Part shown: positions 20,198 to 30,380 of the stretch, piece after piece | How positions within the stretch are numbered: the first letter of the stretch is position 1 | Layout of the letters: each line of letters begins with the position of its first letter | Notes under the pieces: generated by a model | Seen by the model: the letters and a program-made list of their open reading frames with translations, nothing else | What the model was told of the DNA's origin: nothing | Databases searched by the model: none | Program-made: the position numbers and the translations under genes | DNA from: Pseudomonadota bacterium | Lineage (GTDB): Bacteria; Desulfobacterota; Desulfobacteria; Desulfobacterales; RPRI01 | Assembly: GCA_043825875.1 (NCBI GenBank) | Contig: JBDRRF010000084.1 | Coordinates: 19,916-83,915 of the forward strand | Direction of reading: 5' to 3' | DNA length: 64,000 nucleotides

Positions 20198-22798
20198 ATG
20201 ATAAAATTTTCTGAAATTTATAATAAAATTTTTAAAAGAAATAAAATAAAATCGCCATATGATTTGCAACATCTTTTGAGTGAATTCAAATCCCGATATC
20301 ACAACTTTAAACTTCTATTAAGTTCCAACAATAAAGCGCTTGATATTATGGCTGATATCGAGTTGCTTCTTGAGGGTAAAAAACCATTTGGCATGTCCCA
20401 GATAAAATCTCATTGTACTGCTGCATCGGTTAATGTTTATAAAATGTTAAAAAACTTTGATGAACTTGTTCCGGGAAAATACAGTGAATTGTTTTCCCGA
20501 TTCAACGATATACAGCAGGACATAAATAATATTGTTTCACAAAAAAAGTCTGCAACTGATCACAGACTAGTTATACCTCTTGTTTCAGTTAATAAAGATA
20601 TGGCCGACTTTATCGGAAGTAAAATGGCTAATATCGGAGAAATAAAAAACAGACTTAATATACTAGTGCCATCAGGTTTTGTTGTTACTTCTGCGGCCTA
20701 TGATAAACTGATTTCACATAATGATCTCCAGGCTGAGATAGAAAGGCTTTTTCAGACAACCGACACCGATAACATGGAACAACTTTATACTTTGTCTTCA
20801 AAGATCCGGCAAATGATTATGAGATCTGAAGTGCCTGATGAACTTGAAGATTCCATTATTAAATCCGTTTACGACATAGAATATATCAGGGGCAGGAAAA
20901 TACGCTTTGCGTTAAGAAGCAGTGCTATCGGAGAGGATACTGCAAAAAACACATTTGCAGGTCTTTATCACTCAGAATTAAATGTTGGTGTCGACAATAT
21001 TATTGACGCATATAAAACTGTGATAGCAGGAAAGTATTCGCTTCCAGCTATTACATACAGGCTGGAAAGAGGGTTTCGGGATGAAGATATACAAATGCCG
21101 GTTGGTTGTATGGAAATGGTGGATGCTGTTTCGGGAGGAGTATTATATTCAAGAAATCCTTTGGATATGAGTGATGATTATATTTTTATAAATTCAGCAT
21201 GGGGTTTGCCCAAGTCGGTTGTTGACGGAAGTATTGATTGCGACCTTTTTGTTGTTTCAAGAAAACCACCGATTACGCTTGTACATGAAGATATAAAAGT
21301 AAAATCAAAAAAGTTTGTCTGCTTTTACGAAGAAGGCGTATGCCGCATGGATAATACCGGAGAATCAAAAGATCTTCCCTCTTTGACCAGGGAACAGATG
21401 TATAGTTTGTGCAACATGGCGCTTGAGATAGAAAAATATTACTGCTCGCCACAAGATATTGAATGGGCGGTTGACGGCAAAGGGTCGATTTATCTGCTTC
21501 AGTGTCGGCCATTGCAGGTATCGGAAAGATATAAAGAGATTGTGTTTCATGATCATGCAAAAAAGGATGCAACCGTTTTAGTTAAAGGAGGCATTACCGC
21601 AAGTCCCGGAGTAGCATCCGGAAAAGTTTTTCATGTTGATAAGGCAGTCGATATTTTAAAATTTCCGGAAGGAGCAGTGCTTGTAGCAAGGCAGGCGTTG
21701 CCAGCATGGGCGCCTCTTTTAAACAGAGCTTCTGCTGTTATAACTGAACAGGGAGGTTTTGCCGGTCATCTTGCAAATGTTGCCCGGGAAACGGAAGTGC
21801 CTGCTCTTTTCGGTGTCCCCATGGTTTATGATAAATTAATAGATGATGAAATTGTAACCGTTGATGCAAACTGCCTTGCCATCCATGCCGGAATAATAAA
21901 ATGTCTGTCGGATCCTTTTGTGAAACAGAATAATCTTATGCATAACAGCCCTGTTTATGATGTTCTGAAAAAAGTAAGCAGGCACATTGTTCCTCTTAGC
22001 CTTCTTGATCCTGATTCGCGTGGCTTTAAACCTTCAAATTGCAAATCATTGCACGATATCACTCGCTTTATACATGAAAAATCGGTGCATGAGATGTTTA
22101 ACTTCGGGAAGGAACATAACTTTTCAGAGCGTTCGGGAAAACGGCTTGTGGATAAAATCCCGATGCAGTGGTGGGTTTTAAATCTGGATGACGGGTTCAG
22201 GGAAGAAGTTGAAGGAAAGTACGTAACGCTTGATAATATTATATCTATTCCAATGCTTGCAATATGGGAAGGAATCACTTCGATTAAATGGGATGGGCCT
22301 CCACCGGTTGATGGGAAAGGGCTTGCTAATGTAATGTTTGAAGCCACTTTAAATCCTGCTCTGACAACCGGTCTTCGATCCAAATATGCTGAAAAAAATT
22401 ACTTCATGATATCTAAGTCGTTTTGCAGTCTAAGTTCAAGGCTGGGTTTTCACTTTTCCACAATAGAAAGTATTGTATGTGATCGGGAAGGAGAAAATTA
22501 TATAAGTTTTCAGTTTAAAGGCGGTGCAGCTGATCATGACAGAAAACTCAAAAGAGTCCTGTTTCTTGCTGAAATACTGGAAAAGTACGGCTTCAGAGTA
22601 AACGTTAAAAAAGACAGCCTCTTTTCAAGGGTAGACAACAGGGAAAGAGTATTTATGGAACAGCGCCTTAAAATACTGGGCTATCTGACAATTCACACAA
22701 GACAGATTGATATGATAATGTCAAGAGAGTCCACTGTAAATCATTACAAAAAGAAATATTTTGCAGATATTGAGAAGATAATAGGTGCCGAAGACTAA
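20198..22798 (+). CDS. PEP synthase/dikinase-like protein (ATP-grasp + His domain + atypical C-terminal domain)
   Basis: GSKMAN, LRSSAIGED, FAGLY, DIEW, LLQCRP and the phospho-His motif GGFAGHLANVARE. No GFSIGxNDL barrel motif. Confidence 0.85.
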   Translation: MIKFSEIYNKIFKRNKIKSPYDLQHLLSEFKSRYHNFKLLLSSNNKALDIMADIELLLEGKKPFGMSQIKSHCTAASVNVYKMLKNFDELVPGKYSELFSRFNDIQQDINNIVSQKKSATDHRLVIPLVSVNKDMADFIGSKMANIGEIKNRLNILVPSGFVVTSAAYDKLISHNDLQAEIERLFQTTDTDNMEQLYTLSSKIRQMIMRSEVPDELEDSIIKSVYDIEYIRGRKIRFALRSSAIGEDTAKNTFAGLYHSELNVGVDNIIDAYKTVIAGKYSLPAITYRLERGFRDEDIQMPVGCMEMVDAVSGGVLYSRNPLDMSDDYIFINSAWGLPKSVVDGSIDCDLFVVSRKPPITLVHEDIKVKSKKFVCFYEEGVCRMDNTGESKDLPSLTREQMYSLCNMALEIEKYYCSPQDIEWAVDGKGSIYLLQCRPLQVSERYKEIVFHDHAKKDATVLVKGGITASPGVASGKVFHVDKAVDILKFPEGAVLVARQALPAWAPLLNRASAVITEQGGFAGHLANVARETEVPALFGVPMVYDKLIDDEIVTVDANCLAIHAGIIKCLSDPFVKQNNLMHNSPVYDVLKKVSRHIVPLSLLDPDSRGFKPSNCKSLHDITRFIHEKSVHEMFNFGKEHNFSERSGKRLVDKIPMQWWVLNLDDGFREEVEGKYVTLDNIISIPMLAIWEGITSIKWDGPPPVDGKGLANVMFEATLNPALTTGLRSKYAEKNYFMISKSFCSLSSRLGFHFSTIESIVCDREGENYISFQFKGGAADHDRKLKRVLFLAEILEKYGFRVNVKKDSLFSRVDNRERVFMEQRLKILGYLTIHTRQIDMIMSRESTVNHYKKKYFADIEKIIGAED

Positions 22799-22833
22799 AG
22801 CTATGTTAAGCGCTTGTCAGTAACTTTTCGCAT

Positions 22834-23274
22834 TCATCCCATTTTTTCCTTCTTCTCGTCTTTAACCCTATTTTCTTCAAGGCGAGTTATTTTTCCTTCC
22901 TGGATTTTTTTCCTTTTGTAGGCGTCTTCGAGCTTATATAGCAATTCATCAACATCGGTTGGTTTCATCAGATAGTCAAAAGCTCCAAGTTCCATTCCCT
23001 CAACGGCAACCTCAACGTTCGCATGCCCCGTCAGCATAACTACTTCAACAAGGGGCTTTATCTTTTTGATTTCTCTTAATGTCTGTATGCCGTCCATGCC
23101 CTGCATTTTTACATCCAGAACAACAAGATCCGGTGGAGACTCTTTTAAAATTGCAAGTGCCTCTTCTCCGCTATATACTCCACTTGCCTTTACCTTTCTC
23201 TTTAACAACCTTTTTAACAACGTGTCTAAAAACTCTTTTTCATCATCTACTATAAGAACGCTGAATTCGTACAC
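22834..23274 (-). CDS. Single-domain response regulator
   Basis: LIVDDE, LDVKMQ, LTGHA and KP. GTG start at 23274 after GGAGG. Confidence 0.9.
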   Translation of the reverse strand: MYEFSVLIVDDEKEFLDTLLKRLLKRKVKASGVYSGEEALAILKESPPDLVVLDVKMQGMDGIQTLREIKKIKPLVEVVMLTGHANVEVAVEGMELGAFDYLMKPTDVDELLYKLEDAYKRKKIQEGKITRLEENRVKDEKKEKMG

Positions 23275-23275
23275 T

Positions 23276-23698
23276 TTAATTGCCTCCTGCCTTTGAGCAA
23301 ACCTGTATGATCTTATTAAACAAATCTTCAAAATCACACGGCTTTGTGAGATATTCGGCTGCGCCGTAATTAACAGCTTCTTCCGACGCAGCCTCCGATC
23401 CGTGTCCTGTCAGTATTATTACCGGAAGTTCCGGAGTCATTTTCCCGAAAATTTTCAAAACTTCGATTCCATCCATATCTTCCATCTTAAGGTCTAGAAC
23501 CGCTACATCAAAATCGGTTTTTCGCATAGCCCTGAGCGCTTCTGTTCCTGAAAAAGCTTTTGTTACATCAAAATTTCTTTTTGAAAGTCTTTTGGCAATA
23601 ACATTGACAAAGTCTTTTTCATCATCCACAAACAATACCTTGATACGGTTATTATTTTTATCGGGTTCTGCTTTTATGCTTTGTTTGATTTCCGCCAT
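23276..23698 (-). CDS. Single-domain response regulator
   Basis: LFVDDE, LDLKME, LTGHG and KP. The ORF-track start lies inside the MITE; real start is 23698 or 23734. Confidence 0.88.
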   Translation of the reverse strand: MAEIKQSIKAEPDKNNNRIKVLFVDDEKDFVNVIAKRLSKRNFDVTKAFSGTEALRAMRKTDFDVAVLDLKMEDMDGIEVLKIFGKMTPELPVIILTGHGSEAASEEAVNYGAAEYLTKPCDFEDLFNKIIQVCSKAGGN

Positions 23699-23754
23699 TT
23701 TAATTACCTGTTCTTGCTCCAGCAAAGTATCCATCGCCTGCGGCGAATCTTTAT

Positions 23755-23919
23755 GAGCCAGTTTCAAAACGCCCCATTTTGGCCGATCTTAAGCGTTGGG
23801 CTCAAATTTCGCACGAAGTGAAGCTTTAGCGCTATCCTCGAAATACTCGATGTATTCCTGTGGTTGAAATTTTCTCCCGCCTTGAGATTGACCAAACTGA
23901 AACGTTTTGAAAGTGGCTC
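23755..23919 (+). mobile_element. MITE copy 1 (165 bp, with internal ~23-bp insertion)
   Basis: TIRs GAGCCAGTTTCAAAACG / CGTTTTGAAAGTGGCTC, flanked by TTAT...TTAT. Confidence 0.85.
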
Positions 23920-23945
23920 TTATGTCTATCGAAAAAAACCGCTTA

Positions 23946-25637
23946 TTATTTTCTTCTGGTGGGAAGCCGTATATAAAATGTTGTCCCAGCATCGACTACA
24001 CTTATAACGTCGATTATTCCTCCCATCTTTTTTACTATTCCGTAGCATATTGAAAGTCCCAATCCGGTTCCTTTCCCAACAGGCTTTGTTGTGAAGAAGG
24101 GGTCGAATATCCTGGCAAGATTTGATTTGGGAATTCCAGGGCCATCATCAGCTATGCTAATTACTGTTTCATTTGCTTCCAGAAAGCTTGTAAGTGTTAT
24201 ATTCCCACCTCTTTTTTCCAATGCATCCAAAGCATTATTCATGAGGTTCAAAAAAACCTGCTGAATTTCAGTATGTGACAGCCGTAATATCGGGAGGTTT
24301 TGCTGAAGATTGGATTTTATGCTGACATTGCTGAATTTCGCTCTTTGCGAGCAAAAACTTACCACATCATTTATTACGTCATTTATATTGGTATCTTCCA
24401 ATACAGCATCCGTTTTCCTGGCAAAACTCAAAAGCTTTTTAGTAATATCCCGGCATCTTTTTCCCTGGGTTTTTATTTGCGCAAGTGCCCTTTCAAGTTC
24501 TTTCCTGTTTTCCGTGTTGCTTAAAGGCTCATCTTCCATAAAATCGTGAACCCAACCTGCTTCTTCAACCATAATAGCAACAGGATTATTTATCTCATGA
24601 GCTATTCCGGCTGCAAGCTCACCAAGTGAAGCCAGCTTTCCTGTTTCTAAAATCTTTTGGTTCATGGCTTCTTTTTCTTCATCCGTTTTGGCTATTTTGG
24701 CTATTATCCATTTTGAAAGCAAAAAGGCGGTTATCATGATTACTATGCCGTCTATCAGAATAATAAGAATAGTAATATGTTTAGCATCAGTCAGCTCGGC
24801 AAAGGCATCCGATTTATCTTGCTGGCAGATAAGTACCCAGTCACCGTTTTTTATCAAAGAGGCCACATATAAATGCTTTTTCTCCGAATCATCCTCTATC
24901 TCGGAAAAATATATCTCCTCTTTTGTGCTGATCCCTTTTTTAATATTGTTGAAAATAGAATATACTTTGCTGGAAACGACTTCAGAGTTAGGTTTTGACT
25001 GAAATTCTCCTTTGCTGTTTAGTATAAATGCAAACCCGGTTTTGCCTATCCGGAGGTTTTCAACAAGAGAATTGAAAGTAGCAAAGCTTATAGTTGTTCT
25101 TAATATCCATGGAAGTCCATTGTTGTTTTGTCTAACAGCGATTATAAAATGAGGTGTGCCCCGCAGGCCAACAAATATATCGCTTATAAAGTAATCACTG
25201 TTAATTGCCTTCTGAAACCACTGGGTTTCCGAATAATTGGCCTTTTCCAGTTTAAATGGTCCGGCATAAGTTATCTGAATGCCTTTGTCATTAATTACCC
25301 CAAGGTCTTCAAAAACAGAACCATATTCAGTTTGAAGCGAAGCAAGGCTGTTGTTCAGAAAGTCTTCATTATTAAGTTTCTCAAAAGTAAACGATTTTGC
25401 CATAAATCTTATACTGTTTAATTTTTCCAGCAAAAAACCGTCAATGTTTTGCTTATGCTTTAAAACAAGTTCGCCGAGATGGGCGTTTTGTTTTTTATGG
25501 TAGGAAGCACTGAAGCGTTCCAAAATAATTCCGCTGACTGTGACTAAAGGAACAAAAGAAAGCGCAATAATAATAAAAAGCATTTTTTTTAAAAGGGATT
25601 TATAATAAGGATCTTTTAGTTGGTTTTTCCAGGTCAT
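23946..25637 (-). CDS. Cache-domain sensor histidine kinase
   Basis: AHEINNPV, NLMNNA, DDGPG and GTGLGL. Sensor is paralogous to 14541 and 26551. Confidence 0.93.
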   Translation of the reverse strand: MTWKNQLKDPYYKSLLKKMLFIIIALSFVPLVTVSGIILERFSASYHKKQNAHLGELVLKHKQNIDGFLLEKLNSIRFMAKSFTFEKLNNEDFLNNSLASLQTEYGSVFEDLGVINDKGIQITYAGPFKLEKANYSETQWFQKAINSDYFISDIFVGLRGTPHFIIAVRQNNNGLPWILRTTISFATFNSLVENLRIGKTGFAFILNSKGEFQSKPNSEVVSSKVYSIFNNIKKGISTKEEIYFSEIEDDSEKKHLYVASLIKNGDWVLICQQDKSDAFAELTDAKHITILIILIDGIVIMITAFLLSKWIIAKIAKTDEEKEAMNQKILETGKLASLGELAAGIAHEINNPVAIMVEEAGWVHDFMEDEPLSNTENRKELERALAQIKTQGKRCRDITKKLLSFARKTDAVLEDTNINDVINDVVSFCSQRAKFSNVSIKSNLQQNLPILRLSHTEIQQVFLNLMNNALDALEKRGGNITLTSFLEANETVISIADDGPGIPKSNLARIFDPFFTTKPVGKGTGLGLSICYGIVKKMGGIIDVISVVDAGTTFYIRLPTRRK

Positions 25638-25964
25638 GGTATAAAATCACAAATTATCTTTTTCAACAGTTATGCCGGTCTGCAATTGATTAAGTTTTTT
25701 GTCTATCTTATAATCTATCGCCTGTAAAGTTGTTTTTGGCGGACATATGGATGAAAAATCAGGACGTGTTCGTGTTTTTTAAATTAATTATTGAATGAAA
25801 GGCTATATATATTTGTTTATATAGGATATAATATCAATAAGCGATGTAGAAATCAACTCAAGAAATAAGTTTTTGTTAGTTTGTTATGTATTTTTTAAAG
25901 CAACCCCAGTTTAACTCTTTCCTTTCAAAAAAATCGGAAATCCCCATACCATATCGCGGTAGTA

Positions 25965-26004
25965 TGACATAATGAATTTTACATATTGTAAAAAATATCG
26001 ACAT
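25965..26004 (+). promoter_or_regulatory. Putative enhancer (bEBP binding site)
   Basis: TGACATAATGAATTTTACATATTGTAAAAAATATCGACAT, about 80 bp upstream of a sigma54 box. Matches 19859-19898. Confidence 0.6.
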
Positions 26005-26085
26005 AGATCTTAAAAATCACAAATTGCGTGTCAAGACTTTCCCTAATAAATTAATATGTTATAAATATATTCGTTTGAGTAAAGA

Positions 26086-26100
26086 TGGCACATGTCTTGC
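26086..26100 (+). promoter_or_regulatory. sigma54 -24/-12 promoter
   Basis: TGGCACATGTCTTGC, near-consensus, 40 bp before the 26141 ORF. Confidence 0.8.
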
Positions 26101-26140
26101 CTTAATATTTTTAAAATAATTTATATCGGAGAAATAGGCA

Positions 26141-26536
26141 TTGAAAAAAGAATTCAAAATACTAATTGCAGACCGAAACTCCAATGTTAGAGATTTTTTA
26201 AAACGTGAGATGACAGACGAAGGATATGCCGTTGTTCTGGCGGAAAGCGGGAGGGAGGTTTTAAAGTTGGCATATAATCTTAATCCTGTTGATCTTTTAA
26301 TACTTGATCCTGATTTGCCCGATGCTGATGAATCTTTATTGCTGATGAAACTTAATCAAAAAACCCCCTGCATTCCGGTAGTACTTCATACCTTTTTTTC
26401 AGAATATATTGCTACTTCAAAAATTATTGCTCCAACAGAGTTTGTTGAAAAAGGCGGAAACAGTATAGAACAACTTAAAAAAGTTATTGAAACTATTTTA
26501 AACAACAAGATCAGCACAAACCTTGGAAAAGGATAG
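26141..26536 (+). CDS. Atypical single-domain response regulator
   Basis: ILIADRN, LILDPDLP, VLHT and VEKG. Receiver fold with an altered acidic pocket. Confidence 0.75.
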   Translation: MKKEFKILIADRNSNVRDFLKREMTDEGYAVVLAESGREVLKLAYNLNPVDLLILDPDLPDADESLLLMKLNQKTPCIPVVLHTFFSEYIATSKIIAPTEFVEKGGNSIEQLKKVIETILNNKISTNLGKG

Positions 26537-26550
26537 GTGGAGATACTGAT

Positions 26551-28212
26551 ATGAAAAGAAGGTTATATGCAAATCTTCAGAGAAGAATTATTCTCATAAC
26601 CCTATTTGTTTCCTTCGTACCGCTGATCTTTCTTAGTATTACGATTTACCAACAATTTGCACATGTATTTAAAAACAAAATTGAAGAACAAATCACTTAT
26701 CGGGCAAGAGTTCAGAGTAATGCTATAGAACTATTCTTAAAAGAACGCACTGCAATTCTATTGGCTATGGCCGACTCATATACATTTGATTTTCTATCGG
26801 AAAGAAATAACCTCGAGAAAATCTTCAAGATAATGAATAACCGGGTCGGAGGATTCATTGATCTGGGAATGATAGACAGCTCCGGCCGGCATGTCGCTTA
26901 CATCGGTCCTTACAACCTCCTTAATGTTAATTATTATTCGGAACCATGGTTCCGTGAGGTTGAAAGCAAGGGTGTTTATGTAAGTGATGTGTTTATGGGA
27001 TACAGGCGCGTACCTCATTTTATTATCGCCCTCCAGCGTCAGGAAGCAAACAGAAGATGGATATTAAGAGCGACCATAGATTCCGATGTTTTTGAAAGCC
27101 TCGTTCGTACCGCACAGGTTGGAAAAACAGGAGATGCTTTTATTATCAACAAAGATGGCTACTACCAAACTCGCATGCGTTTTGGAGGCGAAATTCTTTC
27201 CAAATCGAACCTGGATACTACTATTTTCGGCGAGGGAACAATGGCGCTGGAAAAGGTAAACGAACATGGGAAAAAGTTGTTATATGCCGGTCGCTGGTTT
27301 AAAAAAAACAACTGGCTCCTTGTTATAAGCCAGGATGCTTCGGAAGAAATGACACACCTTTTCAAAACAAAACAAATGGAAATTATTATCGTAACAATAG
27401 GCTGTCTTATGATAATTTCTACTACTATCTTTATAACTCACATGATCATAAAACGTCTGGAATATTCAGACAAGAAGATGAACGAACTTAATGCTCAACT
27501 CGTTCATTCGGATAAACTGGCTGCCCTTGGCAAGATGGCCACAGGTGTTGCCCATGAAATAAATAATCCTCTTGCAGTCATAGCTGAAAAAACAGGTTGG
27601 ATGGAAGATCTCTTAGAGGAAGAAGAGTTTCAGAACAGCCAAAATCTCGAAGAGTATAAAAAGTCGCTTTTAAAAATCGAAGAGCATGTTGAAAGGGCAA
27701 GAAAGGTTACACATGGAATGCTCGGATTTGCGCGCAGGATGGAACCTCATCTGGAAGATGTGGATATAAATAAAGTTTTGAATGAAACTATTACTTTCTT
27801 GGAAAGTTATGCCCGTACCAACAACATCACTATATCAACTGACTTAAAACATAATCTTCCAATAATTGCAGGAGATCATTCCCAGATACAACAAGTGTTT
27901 TTGAATCTTTTAACCAATGCGATTGATGCTGTAGGTAAAGACGGAATCGTATGGATAAGCAGCCGAATCAACAACTCGAAAATATCAGTCAGCGTGAAAG
28001 ATAATGGGCTGGGAATTCCAAAAGAATATCAGGCAAAAGTTTTTGAACCTTTTTTTACAACCAAACAAACAGGTAAAGGAACGGGATTGGGCTTATCCGT
28101 CAGCTATAATATAGTCCGGAATATGGGTGGTACTGTTACTCTTGAAAGCGAAGAAGGTAAAGGAACAACATTTACCGTAAATTTACCTATCGTTATTCCG
28201 GAGAAGAAGTAG
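26551..28212 (+). CDS. Cache-domain sensor histidine kinase
   Basis: AHEINNPL, NLLTNA, DNGLG and GTGLGL. Confidence 0.93.
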   Translation: MKRRLYANLQRRIILITLFVSFVPLIFLSITIYQQFAHVFKNKIEEQITYRARVQSNAIELFLKERTAILLAMADSYTFDFLSERNNLEKIFKIMNNRVGGFIDLGMIDSSGRHVAYIGPYNLLNVNYYSEPWFREVESKGVYVSDVFMGYRRVPHFIIALQRQEANRRWILRATIDSDVFESLVRTAQVGKTGDAFIINKDGYYQTRMRFGGEILSKSNLDTTIFGEGTMALEKVNEHGKKLLYAGRWFKKNNWLLVISQDASEEMTHLFKTKQMEIIIVTIGCLMIISTTIFITHMIIKRLEYSDKKMNELNAQLVHSDKLAALGKMATGVAHEINNPLAVIAEKTGWMEDLLEEEEFQNSQNLEEYKKSLLKIEEHVERARKVTHGMLGFARRMEPHLEDVDINKVLNETITFLESYARTNNITISTDLKHNLPIIAGDHSQIQQVFLNLLTNAIDAVGKDGIVWISSRINNSKISVSVKDNGLGIPKEYQAKVFEPFFTTKQTGKGTGLGLSVSYNIVRNMGGTVTLESEEGKGTTFTVNLPIVIPEKK

Positions 28213-28233
28213 AAGTGGATTTTATTAACAATA

Positions 28234-28375
28234 GAGCCACTTTCAAAACGTTTCAGTTTGGTCAAGCTCAAGGCGGGTGAAAATTTCAACCACAGGAATA
28301 CATTAAGTATTTCGAGGATTGAAATTTGAGCCCAACGCAGAGATCGGCCAAAATGGGGCGTTTTGGAACTGGCTC
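28234..28375 (-). mobile_element. MITE copy 2 (142 bp, opposite orientation)
   Basis: GAGCCACTTTCAAAACG...CGTTTTGGAACTGGCTC, flanks AATA/CATA. Confidence 0.85.
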
Positions 28376-28464
28376 CATAGGTCATTAATCGGGAGCCGGG
28401 AAACACGAAGCGGTGGCAAGATGGCCCGACACAAGATTATAAATTAATCAATTAAGGAGGTTTA

Positions 28465-28884
28465 ATGTTTAACTTCCGGGTTTTAATAGTAGATGATGAA
28501 GCCGATTTTCTGGAAACAATAGTCAATCGTTTGAAGAAAAGAAAAATTGAAGCAACAGGAGTTCCCAGCGGCGAAGCCGCCCTGGAGCTGATTAAGGAAA
28601 AGCCCTTTGATATTGTTGTTTTAGACATCAAAATGCCGGGCGGCATAGACGGCATAGAAGTGCTGAGAGAAATCAAAAGCATACGACCTTTAACCGAGGT
28701 TATTCTTCTTACCGGCCATGCCTCGGTTGAAACAAGTATTGAAGGATTGAAACTCGGTGCCTTCGATTATCTGTTAAAACCTGTAAAGTTTGTTGAACTT
28801 CTGGATAAAATTGCTGCGGCTTTCGAAAAGAAGAGTTCTCAGGAACAAAAGATTCGAGCAGCTAAGAATCGTGAGATAGACTGA
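28465..28884 (+). CDS. Single-domain response regulator
   Basis: LIVDDE, LDIKMP, LTGHA and KP. AGGAGG RBS. Confidence 0.92.
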   Translation: MFNFRVLIVDDEADFLETIVNRLKKRKIEATGVPSGEAALELIKEKPFDIVVLDIKMPGGIDGIEVLREIKSIRPLTEVILLTGHASVETSIEGLKLGAFDYLLKPVKFVELLDKIAAAFEKKSSQEQKIRAAKNREID

Positions 28885-28960
28885 TATGGGAAGTATGTAA
28901 AATTGAACCATATGCCCCGTGAGGCAATAATATAACAAAATTGAAAAGGAGGGTGTCAAA

Positions 28961-29257
28961 ATGCGTAAAATTTGGATTAAGCTGACAGGTATGATTACAA
29001 TGGTGTTTCTGTTTTCAGTAGAAACAGTGCTTGCGGGAGGTGAAAAAGCTTCACTTCTCGTTATAGTGGCCGACACCCGTAAATTAAGCGGTTGGGAGGC
29101 CTGGTTTGCTAATCTTTATAATGAAAGTCATTTGTATTTCACAATTTTAACCGTAGTATCCATTCCGATTATCGGAGTAATTTTTGGTGTTCTGGCTGAT
29201 CTGGTAATGTCCAGAATAGGAATAGACTTAAAATCAAGGGAATTGTCGGAACACTAG
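28961..29257 (+). CDS. Small membrane protein (DVU0150-like)
   Basis: Signal-like N-terminus, VIVADTR...ANLYNESH and one TM. Family recognised from memory. Confidence 0.65.
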   Translation: MRKIWIKLTGMITMVFLFSVETVLAGGEKASLLVIVADTRKLSGWEAWFANLYNESHLYFTILTVVSIPIIGVIFGVLADLVMSRIGIDLKSRELSEH

Positions 29258-29323
29258 TATCATCTAAACTTGTTGAGTAGATATTTCAAATTAAAATAAA
29301 GATTAACACCAGGAGGTTAAATC

Positions 29324-30379
29324 ATGGATTGGTTATATGTTCTGATGCCCATTTCGGGAGTTACGGTTTTCTGGCCCGGCCTTGTTATCCTTGGGGTCGG
29401 TGTCGGAATAATAGGTGGTTTTTTTGGTATGGGCGGAGCCTGGATGGTTACGCCAGGACTTAATATTCTAGGATTTCCAATGGCGTTTGCGATTGGAACC
29501 GATATCGCCCACATGGCAGGAAAGTCCCTTATTTCAACCATGCGACACGGCAAATTCGGAAACGTTGATTACAGGCTCGGCATGATCATGCTGGTAGGAA
29601 CTATTGTAGGATTTGAGTGCGGCGCACAGATGATCATGTGGCTTGAACGCATAGGAAAAGTAGAATTTATAGTACGATGGATGTATGTTGTGCTTCTTAT
29701 TCTTATCGCATGGATGGTTTTTGCAGATGTAGCAAAGAAGAAGAGAAAAGAGAAAGAAGCCAGGGAAAAGGGCTTGGATGATGACAAACTTGCCACTGGT
29801 CTTGAATGGCATAAGACTTTTCACAAACTTAAAATACCCCCTATGATACATTTTAAGGCAGCAGGATTTACCTGCTCGGCATGGCTGCCTATTTTTATCA
29901 GTTTTCTAACCGGCTGGCTTGCAGGCATCCTTGGCATAGGCGGCGGACTCATACGTATGCCTGCTCTTATCTATTTCATAGGTTGTCCTACTCACATAGC
30001 TGTCGGGACCGATCTTTTCGAAGTTATGATCTCAGGTCTTTACGGAGCCGGCACTTATACTTTTAAGGGCAGAACCGAACTAGTTGCTGTTGTTATCATG
30101 CTATGCGGCGCAGCTATTGGAGCCCAGGTAGGAACTGTGGCAACTAAATACATAAAAGGTTACGGAATTCGTATCGCATTTGGAATTGCTGTTATCGGCT
30201 GCTGTGTTTCAATTATAATGAAACTTATTCCAAGGTATGTGGCAGGAACCAAAGCTATAATGGATACTTGCTCAACAGTTCTTATACTAGGGCTTGTCGG
30301 CGCTTTGTCTCTGTATATTCTTGTTAAAATGATCCAGGGCGCAAAGAATGAAATTGCTATGAAGAAGGGAGGCGCTTAG
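29324..30379 (+). CDS. TauE/SafE family permease
   Basis: GGFFGMGG/AIGTD and GILGIGGG/AVGTD repeats. Confidence 0.9.
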   Translation: MDWLYVLMPISGVTVFWPGLVILGVGVGIIGGFFGMGGAWMVTPGLNILGFPMAFAIGTDIAHMAGKSLISTMRHGKFGNVDYRLGMIMLVGTIVGFECGAQMIMWLERIGKVEFIVRWMYVVLLILIAWMVFADVAKKKRKEKEAREKGLDDDKLATGLEWHKTFHKLKIPPMIHFKAAGFTCSAWLPIFISFLTGWLAGILGIGGGLIRMPALIYFIGCPTHIAVGTDLFEVMISGLYGAGTYTFKGRTELVAVVIMLCGAAIGAQVGTVATKYIKGYGIRIAFGIAVIGCCVSIIMKLIPRYVAGTKAIMDTCSTVLILGLVGALSLYILVKMIQGAKNEIAMKKGGA

Positions 30380-30380
30380 C

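Noticed and set aside
23789..23992. Short ORFs 23789-23992, 28104-28406, 48436-48714 and 48594-48872 with similar peptides
   Set aside because: They are translations of the MITE copies, not a protein family.
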